Shown here: positions 33,784 through 43,782 of the stretch, piece by piece | Position numbering within the stretch: position 1 is the first letter of the stretch | Layout: the number at the start of each line of letters is the position of its first letter | Source of the DNA: Candidatus Saccharimonadales bacterium | Lineage (GTDB): Bacteria; Patescibacteriota; Saccharimonadia; Saccharimonadales; DATKHC01 | Length of the DNA: 64,000 nucleotides | Direction of reading: 5' to 3' | NCBI GenBank assembly: GCA_035510465.1 | Contig: DATKHC010000008.1 | Span: 1,315-65,314, forward strand | Made by a program: the position numbers and the translations under genes | The notes under the pieces: generated by a model | Seen by the model: only the letters and a program-made list of their open reading frames with translations | Told to the model about the DNA's origin: nothing | Database searches by the model: none

Positions 33784-36700
33784 ATGCCGAGAAAAACTCT
33801 GTTGAGTAATAACAGTTTTGTGCATTTGCACAATCACACCGAGTATAGTTTACTCGATGGCCTAACGAAGATTGGTCCTTTAATGGAGTTTATAGTCGAA
33901 CAAAAGATGAGGGCAGTGGCTATTACCGATCACGGTACTTTATCTGGTGCGATCGAATTCTACAAAGAAGCGAAATCCCGAGACATTAAGCCAATAATTG
34001 GCATAGAAGCTTACGTTGCCACCCGAACTCACCTAGATAAAGACCCGACACTGGATAAAAATCGTTATCATTTGATTTTACTGGCTAGCAGTAAAACTGG
34101 CTACCAAAACCTAATGCGCCTATCGAGTATTGCTAACTTAGATGGATTTTACTATTACCCACGAATTGACCATGACCTCATCGAAAAATACTCAGAAGGC
34201 ATTATTTGTCTGAGTGGTTGCATGGGCAGTGAGATAGGGGAAGCTTTGTCCCAGGACCGCTTTGACGATGCTAAGAAAATAGCTAGCTGGTATAAGTCGA
34301 TTTTTGGAGACCGGTACTACCTGGAAGTTCAAGATCATGGACATCCAAAAAATCCAAAATTCTCAGCAGAGCAGGAGAAAGTTAACGAGCTGCTATTTAA
34401 GCTTGGCGAAGAGCTGGGTATACAGATAGTTGTTACGTCTGATGCTCACTATCTACACCCAGAGGACCAAGAAGCTCACGAAGTGCTGTTATGCGTTGGT
34501 ACAGGCTCATTCTTCCAGGAAAAAAACCGAATGAGTCTAGTTGATTTCCCGCTACATGTGACGCCTGCCGAGGAGATTATCGGTAGGTGGGGGTCTGATC
34601 ATCCGGAAGTTATAGAAAACACGAGCACAATTGCAGATCGATGTGACCTTGAGATTGAATTTGATCAGATTCTAATACCAGAATTTAAAACTCCTAAAGG
34701 CGTAACTGACAAGGATTTCCTCGAAAATCTGGTTTATCAGGGCCTGGCTTGGCGGTATTCCAATAAAACTCCAAGTAAAGCTAAAAAACTTTCAATCCCA
34801 GAAGCAAAAAAAATGTTGCCAGAAGTAGTCCTTCAAAGGGCTGACTATGAGTTAAGTGTTATTGAGCAGATGGGCTTTAATAGCTACTTCTTGATCATTT
34901 CCGATTTTGTAAATTGGGGGAAGGACCGTGGCATTGTTTTTGGCCCTGGACGAGGCAGTGCGGCAGGCTCGATAGTTTCCTATGCCCTTAGAATTACAGA
35001 GCTTGATCCATTGAAATACGATCTGATTTTCGAGAGATTCCTTAACCCAGATAGAATCTCGATGCCTGATATAGATATTGACATCCAGGACAATAGGAGA
35101 GAAGAAGTAATTAACTACTGTGTTGAGAAATATGGCCGCGATAGAACAGCCAATATCGTGACTTTTGGCAGAATGTTTGCAAGGAACGCCGTACGTGACG
35201 TTGCTAGAGTTCTGGAAGTTCCGTATAAGCAGGCCGATACACTAGCTAAACTGCTTCCTTTGCCCGTTCAAGGCCGACATATTCCGCTTGCTGACACCAT
35301 AAAGACCGACGCGACATTGAAAGAAGAATATAGTTCAAACGAAGTTAGTCACAAAGTTCTTGACCTTGCAATAAAACTTGAGGGCACGGTCAGGAGCCAC
35401 GGTGTCCACGCGGCAGGGATTGTTATTGCGCCTTCGGATATTATTAATTTTGTACCACTGGAGCGAGCTCAAAAGGGAGTTCTGGCAACCCAGTATTCGC
35501 TTGGGCCGATTGAGCAGCTTGGACTGGTCAAGATGGATCTCCTAGGACTATCCAACCTAACGATAATAAAGAACGCACTTCGGATAATCAAAAAGGTTTA
35601 CGGTGTTAGCATAGACATTGACCAAATACCACTAGATGACACAAAAACCTTTGAGTTATTTAAAGCAGGCGATACTACGGGTATATTTCAATTCGAGTCT
35701 TCAGGTATGAAACGGTACTTAAAGGAGCTTAAGCCAACGGTTTTTGAAGACATCATTGCCATGGGTGGCCTTTATAGGCCTGGTCCTCTAACAGCTGGTC
35801 TTACTCAAAAATTTATGGATCGAAAAAACGGCAAAGAACCCATAATCTACGATCATGAAAAAATGAAGAACGCGCTTAGTACGACTTACGGTGTAATGGT
35901 TTATCAAGAGCAAGTCATGCAGATTGCTAGGGACATGTGTGGTTTTACGGTCGGTGAAGCTGACTCTTTGCGTAAAGCTGTCGGTAAAAAAATTCGTAGC
36001 ATGATGGCGAAGATGAAAGATAAAATTATTGAAGGTGCAATAAAAAATGGAGTTGAAAAAAAGACAGCCGAAAAATTCTGGACTGACTTAGAGGGTTTTG
36101 CTGACTATGCCTTCCCGAAAGCTCACGCGGCTTGCTATGGCCTAATTTCTTACCAGACAGCATATCTGAAAGCACATTACCCAGCAGCCTTTATGGCAGC
36201 TCTCATGACTTCAGACTTTGATAACACCGATAGGTTGACGATTGAGATAAGTGAGTGTCAACGAATGGGCATAGCCGTATTGCCGCCAGATATAAATGAA
36301 TCTTTTGTAGAGTTTGCCGTGGTTAAAGACACCAACCAGATCAGATTTGGTTTAGCAGCAATAAAAAACGTTGGCACAGCAGCTGTTGAAGAAATTCTAG
36401 AGGCTCGGTCTGCTGGAGAGTTCAAATCCTTAGAAGAGTTCTTTCAAAAAGTGTCCCACAGATCAGTTAACCGAAAAACGCTCGAGAGTTTAATCAAAGC
36501 TGGTGCTTTTGATAAATTTGGAGGAAGACTTAGTTTACTGCAGCACTTAGATGCCCTACTTGGCTATTCTTCGCGGTTAAATAAAGATCGTCTTAGTGGG
36601 CAGACAGACCTTTTTGGTGATCAAACAGATTTAATTGACAGCCCTATCGTCAAGTTAAAACTCAGTGATGACGAAGATTCGGATAGTATGAGGGTTAAGC

Positions 36701-37392
36701 TGGGCTGGGAAAGAGAGCTACTTGGTATTTACTTGAGCGAACATCCTCTTAGTGCTTTTGAGTTGATGCTATCTGAGACTACTGTACCGATCTCTGAGAT
36801 AACCGAATCAAGTCATAATAAAGAGGTGCAAGTTGGTGGATCTATAATCGCTGTTCGCCAGATTGCTACAAAAAGTAACCAGAGGATGGGCTTTGTAACC
36901 ATAGAGGACCGTTCTGGCAACATCGAACTAATCCTATTCCCAAAGGTTTATGAGAAAGCTATAGAAGTACTAGAGAGAGATAGGGTTGTACGCGCGTCCG
37001 GCAAAATAACAAGTAGGGGCAAAGATGGCTCGAGTAGCGACACGAAAGTGCTAGTTGAGAAAATTAATGAACTTAGCTTAGATGAGGCTCGCAACTACAA
37101 ACCCGGGCAAACGAGGCCAGTGTTAATAGAGGACGAAACCGGTGGTGTTAGTTCTACCGGATCAAAACGTTTGTTTATTAGACTAGATAACAGCGAGGAT
37201 CAGGAGCTACTCCTGAATTTACGTCAGACAATTGACCAGAACACAGGTGAAACAGATGTGATACTGGTCCTAGGCGGGGACAATGCTGATAAAAAACAAA
37301 TAATAAAGCTGCCGACGCGTATAACTCCGAACGATTCTAGTATGGCTGAGCTTACAGCACTGGTTGGTGCCGATAACTTGAAATTTAATTAA
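33784..37392 (+). CDS. dnaE: DNA polymerase III alpha subunit
   Basis: PHP domain (FVHLHNHTEYSLLDG), palm/fingers region (GPGRGSAAGS, PDIDID) and an OB fold near the C-terminus. 1202 aa. Confidence 0.95.
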   Translation: MPRKTLLSNNSFVHLHNHTEYSLLDGLTKIGPLMEFIVEQKMRAVAITDHGTLSGAIEFYKEAKSRDIKPIIGIEAYVATRTHLDKDPTLDKNRYHLILLASSKTGYQNLMRLSSIANLDGFYYYPRIDHDLIEKYSEGIICLSGCMGSEIGEALSQDRFDDAKKIASWYKSIFGDRYYLEVQDHGHPKNPKFSAEQEKVNELLFKLGEELGIQIVVTSDAHYLHPEDQEAHEVLLCVGTGSFFQEKNRMSLVDFPLHVTPAEEIIGRWGSDHPEVIENTSTIADRCDLEIEFDQILIPEFKTPKGVTDKDFLENLVYQGLAWRYSNKTPSKAKKLSIPEAKKMLPEVVLQRADYELSVIEQMGFNSYFLIISDFVNWGKDRGIVFGPGRGSAAGSIVSYALRITELDPLKYDLIFERFLNPDRISMPDIDIDIQDNRREEVINYCVEKYGRDRTANIVTFGRMFARNAVRDVARVLEVPYKQADTLAKLLPLPVQGRHIPLADTIKTDATLKEEYSSNEVSHKVLDLAIKLEGTVRSHGVHAAGIVIAPSDIINFVPLERAQKGVLATQYSLGPIEQLGLVKMDLLGLSNLTIIKNALRIIKKVYGVSIDIDQIPLDDTKTFELFKAGDTTGIFQFESSGMKRYLKELKPTVFEDIIAMGGLYRPGPLTAGLTQKFMDRKNGKEPIIYDHEKMKNALSTTYGVMVYQEQVMQIARDMCGFTVGEADSLRKAVGKKIRSMMAKMKDKIIEGAIKNGVEKKTAEKFWTDLEGFADYAFPKAHAACYGLISYQTAYLKAHYPAAFMAALMTSDFDNTDRLTIEISECQRMGIAVLPPDINESFVEFAVVKDTNQIRFGLAAIKNVGTAAVEEILEARSAGEFKSLEEFFQKVSHRSVNRKTLESLIKAGAFDKFGGRLSLLQHLDALLGYSSRLNKDRLSGQTDLFGDQTDLIDSPIVKLKLSDDEDSDSMRVKLGWERELLGIYLSEHPLSAFELMLSETTVPISEITESSHNKEVQVGGSIIAVRQIATKSNQRMGFVTIEDRSGNIELILFPKVYEKAIEVLERDRVVRASGKITSRGKDGSSSDTKVLVEKINELSLDEARNYKPGQTRPVLIEDETGGVSSTGSKRLFIRLDNSEDQELLLNLRQTIDQNTGETDVILVLGGDNADKKQIIKLPTRITPNDSSMAELTALVGADNLKFN

Positions 37393-38294
37393 CGAATAAA
37401 TCCAGCGGTTTGGTTTAGAACTGCGGAGCTAACTACTACCATCACGAGCAGGATATCCAAAAAAGGATGCTCAAAGATTAGCCCTTCGCTTTGCCTTGCC
37501 CAGCGTTTTATAAACAAGCCGTGTCTAATCACAAGAATAGTGAATGCAACTCCACCGATAATTCCGGAGACAAAGACCGCAATCGTAGAGTTAGAGCTAG
37601 TTAATGTCTCAACTCTGCCTACTGTTTGAGGGTTTGGCTGGATTGAAGAGATACTTGTAAACGGTTGTCCTGAATTTAAGCCAGTTGAGCTAGAAAGGGT
37701 AGAGCCCGAGGGAGATGCATACATAGCTACGACCACGGTCTCGCTCCCATCGTTCTGATAATTTGAGGAATGAGCAATTCCTATACCAATGTTCTTGTAG
37801 CTAGAATTTAAGATGTTAGCGCGGTGATCTTGGCTATTCATCCAGGCATTTAGTACTGCGTCACTGTTACTGAAACCGTAAGCTAGATTTTCTCCGGCCA
37901 GACTGAAGTTATAGCCTTTTTGCGCAATGAATTGCCAGGGAGTCTGCCCGGTTGGGGTGTTGTGCGACCAGTAGTTCTGCGCGACCATATCACTCGCTTT
38001 GGCCTGAGCAGCTTGGGCCAAATTAGGATTGACCACCAAAGGCGCAAGATTACTGTCTTGGCGCTGTTCGTTAGTATCAGCCACTATACCGTTCGCAGTT
38101 ATACTCGCTGAACTTGAAGTGTGCTTGTTGACCAAAGTAATTACCGATGCACTCATACCTATAATTACAAACAGAAGGACGGGTAAATAGGGCCAATATA
38201 CTTTCAGGTATTGTTTTGAGTGGCCATGATGCAAACCATGCTGCTTCTTGTACCTAGACGTCATTGAACCAGTTCGCTTTGACTTAGATGGCAT
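37389..38294 (-). CDS. membrane-bound CAP/SCP/PR1-like domain protein
   Basis: CAP landmarks (NYWSHNTP, GENLAYGF, W..S..HRANIL) between an N-terminal TM segment and C-terminal TM segments. Confidence 0.7.
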   Translation of the reverse strand: MPSKSKRTGSMTSRYKKQHGLHHGHSKQYLKVYWPYLPVLLFVIIGMSASVITLVNKHTSSSASITANGIVADTNEQRQDSNLAPLVVNPNLAQAAQAKASDMVAQNYWSHNTPTGQTPWQFIAQKGYNFSLAGENLAYGFSNSDAVLNAWMNSQDHRANILNSSYKNIGIGIAHSSNYQNDGSETVVVAMYASPSGSTLSSSTGLNSGQPFTSISSIQPNPQTVGRVETLTSSNSTIAVFVSGIIGGVAFTILVIRHGLFIKRWARQSEGLIFEHPFLDILLVMVVVSSAVLNQTAGFIR

Positions 38295-38362
38295 TTTTAT
38301 TTTCGATTAGAATTATTTTTTGAAACTACACTTAGATTATATCATCCCAGTAGGATATTGTC

Positions 38363-39718
38363 TTATTCATCACCGGCGTAAACCATTCGATTCTTTAAAA
38401 TTTCGGTTCTTCTTGCAGCTGACTCGTCAGCTTCAACTAATTTATTAACTGAACTACCAAGAATTCGTCTAACTACGGATGATCGTTTGATATTACGTCT
38501 GCGTGACACATTTACTTCAGGCGAGTCGTAAAATACTTCGGGTGATACACGGAAAAGCCTTCTCCAGATTTTTACTCTAGCGGTTGTAAGGACGTCGCTA
38601 AGTTGTCTATGGTATGGATGATCAGGCTTCACGGTTATCTTTCCACTCTCTATAGTCAACCCTCTAATTATTCTTCTCAGAGTCTGCTCGTTGTCGCCTC
38701 CTGGTTGCTCTGCAGGACTCTCTCCGGAAACCGTTTCCACGAATCGGTCTAGAGACTGAGAGTAAGTACGGTGTCTGGAGGTGCGATCCAGCTTAGCTGG
38801 TAGTACGAAGCTTTTAGATTTTGGATCCCAAATAGCCATACGGGTTATACTATCATCGACCAATAGATTTGAACCAAGATACATAACTTCATTGCCAGCC
38901 TTCAGACTTCTTGTCTCAGCTTGACTTACTCGGACTTCTTGGGCTCTTTTTGCGGCATCCAAAACCGCCAATATGTCTATACGAGGGTCTACTATACCTA
39001 CACTTGGATGTCTAAACTCTAAACGTTGGTCGTGTATTGTAGTAGTGGCATCTTTGAGCTCAGGGAATGCCTCCAGGACAACTATGCCGCTATCCACACC
39101 CGCGTCGATTTGCAGAGGATACATTGAATTGAGATTATATTGGGCTGCCGCTACAAAACTACTACCGTCTGGTGAATGCATGTACCAAAAGAAGGAACTG
39201 GTATTATGGGCCAATTCTTCCTCTATAGCTGCGTTTATGTGAGTAGAGAGAATTGTGCCAAGCATGCCATTTCCTGCCGCGACAGTGCCTATCGCCCTAA
39301 TAGTATTCCAGTATCTATCAATAGCTTCCAGGGATGTTGCGGGTGCGGTGCGGATTTCGTAGTACTCGTCATCCTCTTTCCCCTCGTTGAGAATTACGGG
39401 TTCGGATACGAAATTACGGGGAATAACCTCACCTCCAATGTAGAAGGTTTGTCTGTCCCTAACGCCTAGCTCATCTAAGACAGACTGATAGAAGTCTTCT
39501 TCATCAAAGTCATCATTGTGGATTGGGGCTTCGGGGTCAGGTACGAACTGAAACTCTATTTCCGCTCCAAAGGTCGCGTAAATTCCGATTGACTGAGTTG
39601 ACTTGTCTAATTGTCTAAGTCTTTCAGTAACAGATTCGTCACCAGGTTCAGTCAACAGGCCTTCTATATCTGCTCGAAGGGAAGTCTCGCCACTGATAAC
39701 TGGGAAGTAAACACCCAT
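38363..39718 (-). CDS. hypothetical protein; possible glutamine-synthetase/GCS2-fold carboxylate-amine ligase (amidoligase-like) with an Arg-rich C-terminal region
   Basis: The ordered motifs FGAEIEFQF, YYEIRTAP, STHINAA and RLEFRHPS resemble the E-x-E / E..T.P / H-x-H / R.E.R series of GS-like ligases. This rests on motif-level resemblance only. Confidence 0.35.
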   Translation of the reverse strand: MGVYFPVISGETSLRADIEGLLTEPGDESVTERLRQLDKSTQSIGIYATFGAEIEFQFVPDPEAPIHNDDFDEEDFYQSVLDELGVRDRQTFYIGGEVIPRNFVSEPVILNEGKEDDEYYEIRTAPATSLEAIDRYWNTIRAIGTVAAGNGMLGTILSTHINAAIEEELAHNTSSFFWYMHSPDGSSFVAAAQYNLNSMYPLQIDAGVDSGIVVLEAFPELKDATTTIHDQRLEFRHPSVGIVDPRIDILAVLDAAKRAQEVRVSQAETRSLKAGNEVMYLGSNLLVDDSITRMAIWDPKSKSFVLPAKLDRTSRHRTYSQSLDRFVETVSGESPAEQPGGDNEQTLRRIIRGLTIESGKITVKPDHPYHRQLSDVLTTARVKIWRRLFRVSPEVFYDSPEVNVSRRRNIKRSSVVRRILGSSVNKLVEADESAARRTEILKNRMVYAGDE

Positions 39719-39831
39719 AATGTGTGTAGCCTTAATTAAATGAATATATTACCATAAACATGATATAAAAGCAATATCGTTATCAGATCTAACTAAGCTA
39801 AAATCAGGGCTACTTGGCTTTTAGTAACCTA

Positions 39832-40341
39832 TTAAGGCTGAAGTTTAAAATTTCGGAGAAAATATAGCGCAATCGCTCCGGCAACCGAAACGTTTAAAGA
39901 TTCTTTTTCCCCTAGCATGGGTATCTGGACTCTCTTGTTTGAGCTGTCTGTTATTGATTGAGTTAGCCCGTCTAGTTCATTTCCAACAATCAAGGCAACT
40001 TTACTTGCTGGTATATAGTCGTCCAAGTTAATGGAACTCGGTGTTTGCTCCAAAGCTACCACCTCAAAGCCCTGTTCTTTTAACCTGGTGATTAAATTAT
40101 AGAGTCTGCTAATAACTTCGGTTTTAACTGAAATCTCAGCCCCCAAAGCTGTTTTTCTAATCTGGCCTGATATCTTCTCGGACAAATAAGGTAATCGTTT
40201 ATCTGATTTTTGTTTAGGGTAGGGCGTATAGCCGCTAAAGTATACTTTCGATACTGCCATCGCATCCGCCGTACGAAGTAAAGAACCTACGTTGTGAGTA
40301 CTCCGAATATTATGGGCGATTAAAACTATATCTCTAGACAT
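39832..40341 (-). CDS. SpoU/TrmH-family RNA 2'-O-methyltransferase
   Basis: HNVGSLLRTADA, LIVGNELDGL and SLNVSVAGAIALY motifs. Confidence 0.85.
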   Translation of the reverse strand: MSRDIVLIAHNIRSTHNVGSLLRTADAMAVSKVYFSGYTPYPKQKSDKRLPYLSEKISGQIRKTALGAEISVKTEVISRLYNLITRLKEQGFEVVALEQTPSSINLDDYIPASKVALIVGNELDGLTQSITDSSNKRVQIPMLGEKESLNVSVAGAIALYFLRNFKLQP

Positions 40342-40406
40342 TTAGGATTTATGATAACACCGTTCCTGTTTTGGTGAGGTAGCAGCTTATGGTTTAATAG
40401 ACTAAT

Positions 40407-42008
40407 ATGTCAGAGGATGCGCGGGTAAGCGAAGAAACTAATACAAAAAAGCGAGCGGGTATCTTAAACCTAGCTTACGTTGACATCTCACAAATACAGT
40501 CAAAACAACTATTTATTGGCCTTCTAACCGTACCTCAAATGTATGATCTAAAAATAGTACCGTTAATCTCAGACCAACATAATGTAACATTCGGTATTAC
40601 GAATAACACTTCGCAACAAACTCTGGTCGACGTCAGACAACGCTTCCCTGATCAGAATGTTAGTTTTGTGATGATTTCAGACACTGGTTACCGAGACTAT
40701 ATGAAGCTATATGATCCACCCAAGCAAGTTGTCTACCATGACATTAAAATTGATGGTACAACTGCCAGTGATTCTGTGAGCAGTGTCTCTCTAACCCTTG
40801 GACAAGTCAACGCCAGTGACATGCTCGGTTATCTTGTTGAACAAGCTCATAGACTTCAAGCGTCAGACATTCACATTGAGACTCAACCAAATGCGGCAAG
40901 AGTCAGATATAGGATTGATGGCGTGCTCCATTCTGTTGCCAGTGTAAATTTAGAAAAGTATCGAGCTCTGGTGACTGCCATTGCGAGCGCTGGTAATATT
41001 TCAACTTCATCTAATGAAGCGCAGCAAGGTCATATCGCCCAACATATTAAATTGGCTGACGGTAAAGAGGTCGACGTGAATGTAAGACTCGAGACAACCC
41101 CAACTATAAACGGCATGGATATAGTGATGAGACTGTTTAACATGCAAAAGGATATGTTTACGCTAGACAGGTTAGGTTTATCCGAAAAAGAACGAGCGGT
41201 GGTTGACGATATTATTGCCAAACCGACTGGGCTGGTTTTGGTGGTTGGCCCGACTGGTTCTGGTAAGACGACTACCCTATATTCGATTTTGAATAGTTTG
41301 AGTAATGATGAAATGAAGATAATAACCGTCGAAGATCCAGTCGAATATCAATTTCCTGGCATAACGCAAATCCCAGTTACGACTGAAAATAGTGGTGAGA
41401 CTAAGTTTGCTGAAAAGCTTCGCGACATTCTAAGACTTGACCCCGATATAGTTATGATCGGTGAGATACGTGATATGGACACCGCAAAAACTGCTCTGCA
41501 AGCCTCGCTAACCGGTCATCTAGTCCTAGCAACTTTCCACGCCAGTTCGGCAGCCGCAGCTCTAACACGTCTAATGGAGGTAATTGGTCAAAACCCTCTG
41601 TTTATATCCTCGATCAGGCTGGTTATGGCGCAGCGACTTGTGAGGCGTTTGGATGAGCACACAAAGCAGCCATATACCCCTGATGAGCAGACCACTGAAT
41701 TTGTAAAATCTGTAATAAGCGGCCTACCAAAAGAAATTCCTAAGCCCGACATATCCAATTTGCAGCTTTATCACCCGGGTAAGTCCGAAGAGAATCCTTT
41801 TGGCTACAAAGGGCAGATAGCTATTCGCGAACAGTTTTTAATAACTGGTGAAGTCAAACAGTTACTGCTTAGTTCAAAAATGGCATCGACAGAAGAGATA
41901 GAGAAGGCTGCTGTTGATAGCGGAATGCTCACAATACTTCAGGACGGTATCTTAAAAGCGATAGCTGGGCTTACTACTATCGAAGAGCTTTACCGAGAAA
42001 TTGGCTAA
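40407..42008 (+). CDS. type II/IV secretion-family ATPase (PilB/GspE-like)
   Basis: T2SSE N-domain, Walker A GPTGSGKTTT, Asp box, Walker B (DPDIVMIGEIRD) and His box (GHLVLATFHA). Confidence 0.9.
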   Translation: MSEDARVSEETNTKKRAGILNLAYVDISQIQSKQLFIGLLTVPQMYDLKIVPLISDQHNVTFGITNNTSQQTLVDVRQRFPDQNVSFVMISDTGYRDYMKLYDPPKQVVYHDIKIDGTTASDSVSSVSLTLGQVNASDMLGYLVEQAHRLQASDIHIETQPNAARVRYRIDGVLHSVASVNLEKYRALVTAIASAGNISTSSNEAQQGHIAQHIKLADGKEVDVNVRLETTPTINGMDIVMRLFNMQKDMFTLDRLGLSEKERAVVDDIIAKPTGLVLVVGPTGSGKTTTLYSILNSLSNDEMKIITVEDPVEYQFPGITQIPVTTENSGETKFAEKLRDILRLDPDIVMIGEIRDMDTAKTALQASLTGHLVLATFHASSAAAALTRLMEVIGQNPLFISSIRLVMAQRLVRRLDEHTKQPYTPDEQTTEFVKSVISGLPKEIPKPDISNLQLYHPGKSEENPFGYKGQIAIREQFLITGEVKQLLLSSKMASTEEIEKAAVDSGMLTILQDGILKAIAGLTTIEELYREIG

Positions 42009-43138
42009 GTAATAACTGCGGAGATTGCCGGGACGATTTCCCTGTCAAAGACGGAAGGTATTATTTTGTCTTTGGTGGGGTGTTTAACTAGGGCCGCAAG
42101 CGCTTCAGCTGCTGCAACTTTATGTTTTTCTGTGATGTGTTTAACTTGGTTATCAAGCGCCCCCCGAAAAATTCCAGGGAAAGCCAGAACATTGTTTACC
42201 TGATTTGGAAAATCGCTCCTGCCTGTAGCTACAATTGCGGCACCCGCAGCATAAGCTTCGTCTGGCATAATTTCAGGGACAGGGTTTGCCATAGCGAAAA
42301 CTATTGGGTTTTTTGCCATTGATTTTATATCTGCTTGGCTAACTATCCCCGGCTTCGACACGCCAATTAATATATCGGCACCAGCAATTGCCTCTGAAAA
42401 CTCGTGAGTTTTGTATTTCTTGGAATTGTAACTGGCTAGTTCATGTTTAACTGAGCTTAGGTCGTCCCGGTCGTTGCTAATGATCCCTTTACTGTCTATA
42501 ACCGTTATGTTGGGCTCTGCATATTCGTGGAGCAATTTGGATACAGCCACTCCTGCCGCGCCGGCGCCAATTACGACTACACTACAGTCACCTAGCTTTT
42601 TGCCAGTTATTTTGGAGGCGTTTATTAGTCCGGCCAGAACAACGACCGCAGTGCCGTGTTGGTCATCGTGCATGAGCGGTATAGCTAGCGCTTGTTTTAA
42701 TCTTTGCTCAACCTCAAAACAAATTGGTGCCGCTATATCTTCAAGATTGATCCCACCAAAGCTAGGAGCAATAGCTGTGACTGCATCAACAATTTCATCG
42801 GCACTGTGAACGTTCAGAACTATTGGAATAGCATCGATACCGGCGAACTCCTTAAATAGCATGCATTTTCCTTCCATAACTGGGAGCGCGCCGATTGGGC
42901 CGATATTACCAAGACCTAGTACAGCTGAGCCATCACTAACCACAGCAACTGAGTTATTCAACCAAGTATAATTTCTGGCCTCGTTTGGGTAATCGGATAA
43001 GTAGGTCGATACTGCGGCTACACCCGGGGTATAGTAGGTGCTGAGCTTTAGCTTAGAATCAAGTTGGTCTTTAAGTTTAACCGATATTTTGCCCCTGAGT
43101 TTTTTGTGCGCCTCCAAGGAGTGTTTATTTATGTCCAT
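42005..43138 (-). CDS. NAD(P)-dependent malic enzyme (short form)
   Basis: [26 protein letters not shown] and GAGAAG motifs. 377 aa with no PTA domain. Confidence 0.9.
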   Translation of the reverse strand: MDINKHSLEAHKKLRGKISVKLKDQLDSKLKLSTYYTPGVAAVSTYLSDYPNEARNYTWLNNSVAVVSDGSAVLGLGNIGPIGALPVMEGKCMLFKEFAGIDAIPIVLNVHSADEIVDAVTAIAPSFGGINLEDIAAPICFEVEQRLKQALAIPLMHDDQHGTAVVVLAGLINASKITGKKLGDCSVVVIGAGAAGVAVSKLLHEYAEPNITVIDSKGIISNDRDDLSSVKHELASYNSKKYKTHEFSEAIAGADILIGVSKPGIVSQADIKSMAKNPIVFAMANPVPEIMPDEAYAAGAAIVATGRSDFPNQVNNVLAFPGIFRGALDNQVKHITEKHKVAAAEALAALVKHPTKDKIIPSVFDREIVPAISAVIT

Positions 43139-43186
43139 CGTTCTAATTGTACATCGGGATTTAAAAATTAGCTTCTAAATACTTTT

Positions 43187-43214
43187 TTGCCTTTATAACA
43201 GATTATGCTATACT
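43187..43214 (+). promoter_or_regulatory. promoter TTGCCT-16-TATACT (TGc extended) for rplS
   Basis: Hexamers at 43187-43192 and 43209-43214. Confidence 0.5.
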
Positions 43215-43253
43215 TCTGCGGTTATAATTAGAGTGAACGGACAGGCTTAATTA

Positions 43254-43745
43254 ATGGCTACGCTAACCATTCAAGAACTAGATAAATCTTATAAGAAAAA
43301 CGCTGTTGTTGACGTTAAAAGCGGTGATAGTGTTAAAGTTCACCAGAAAATTAAAGAAGGCAACAAGGAACGTGTTCAGATCTTCCAGGGTTTAGTCATA
43401 AGAGTTGACCGACGATCAAGTCATACGGCTAGAATTTTAGTCAGACGAGTAGCCAGTGGTGTCGGTGTAGAAAAGAGCTTTCTGCTGCATAGTCCTAACG
43501 TACTTAAAATTGAAATTGTAAAGCGCAGCAAAGTCAGACGAAACTATCTATCTTACATGCGCGAACTAACAGGTAAAGCAACTAGGTTAAGTGGCCTAGA
43601 TTTCGATAAAGATGCTGTTAACGCAGTTGAGGATGAAAAAGCTGAGGCCGAAGAAGAGAAAATCCAAGAACTAAAAGCAGAAGAACACGAGAAAAGCGCA
43701 AAAAGCGAAAAAACTGAAGAAGTAGTCGAACCAGAAACCAAATAG
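43254..43745 (+). CDS. rplS: 50S ribosomal protein L19 with a ~45-aa acidic/Lys-rich C-terminal tail
   Basis: L19 core (GDSVKVHQKIKEGNKERVQIFQGLVI...). The tail reads DEKAEAEEEKIQELKAEEHEKSAKSEK.... Confidence 0.9.
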   Translation: MATLTIQELDKSYKKNAVVDVKSGDSVKVHQKIKEGNKERVQIFQGLVIRVDRRSSHTARILVRRVASGVGVEKSFLLHSPNVLKIEIVKRSKVRRNYLSYMRELTGKATRLSGLDFDKDAVNAVEDEKAEAEEEKIQELKAEEHEKSAKSEKTEEVVEPETK

Positions 43746-43782
43746 TTAACTAAAAATAACTTATAGTTTTTCGGAGACAGAA

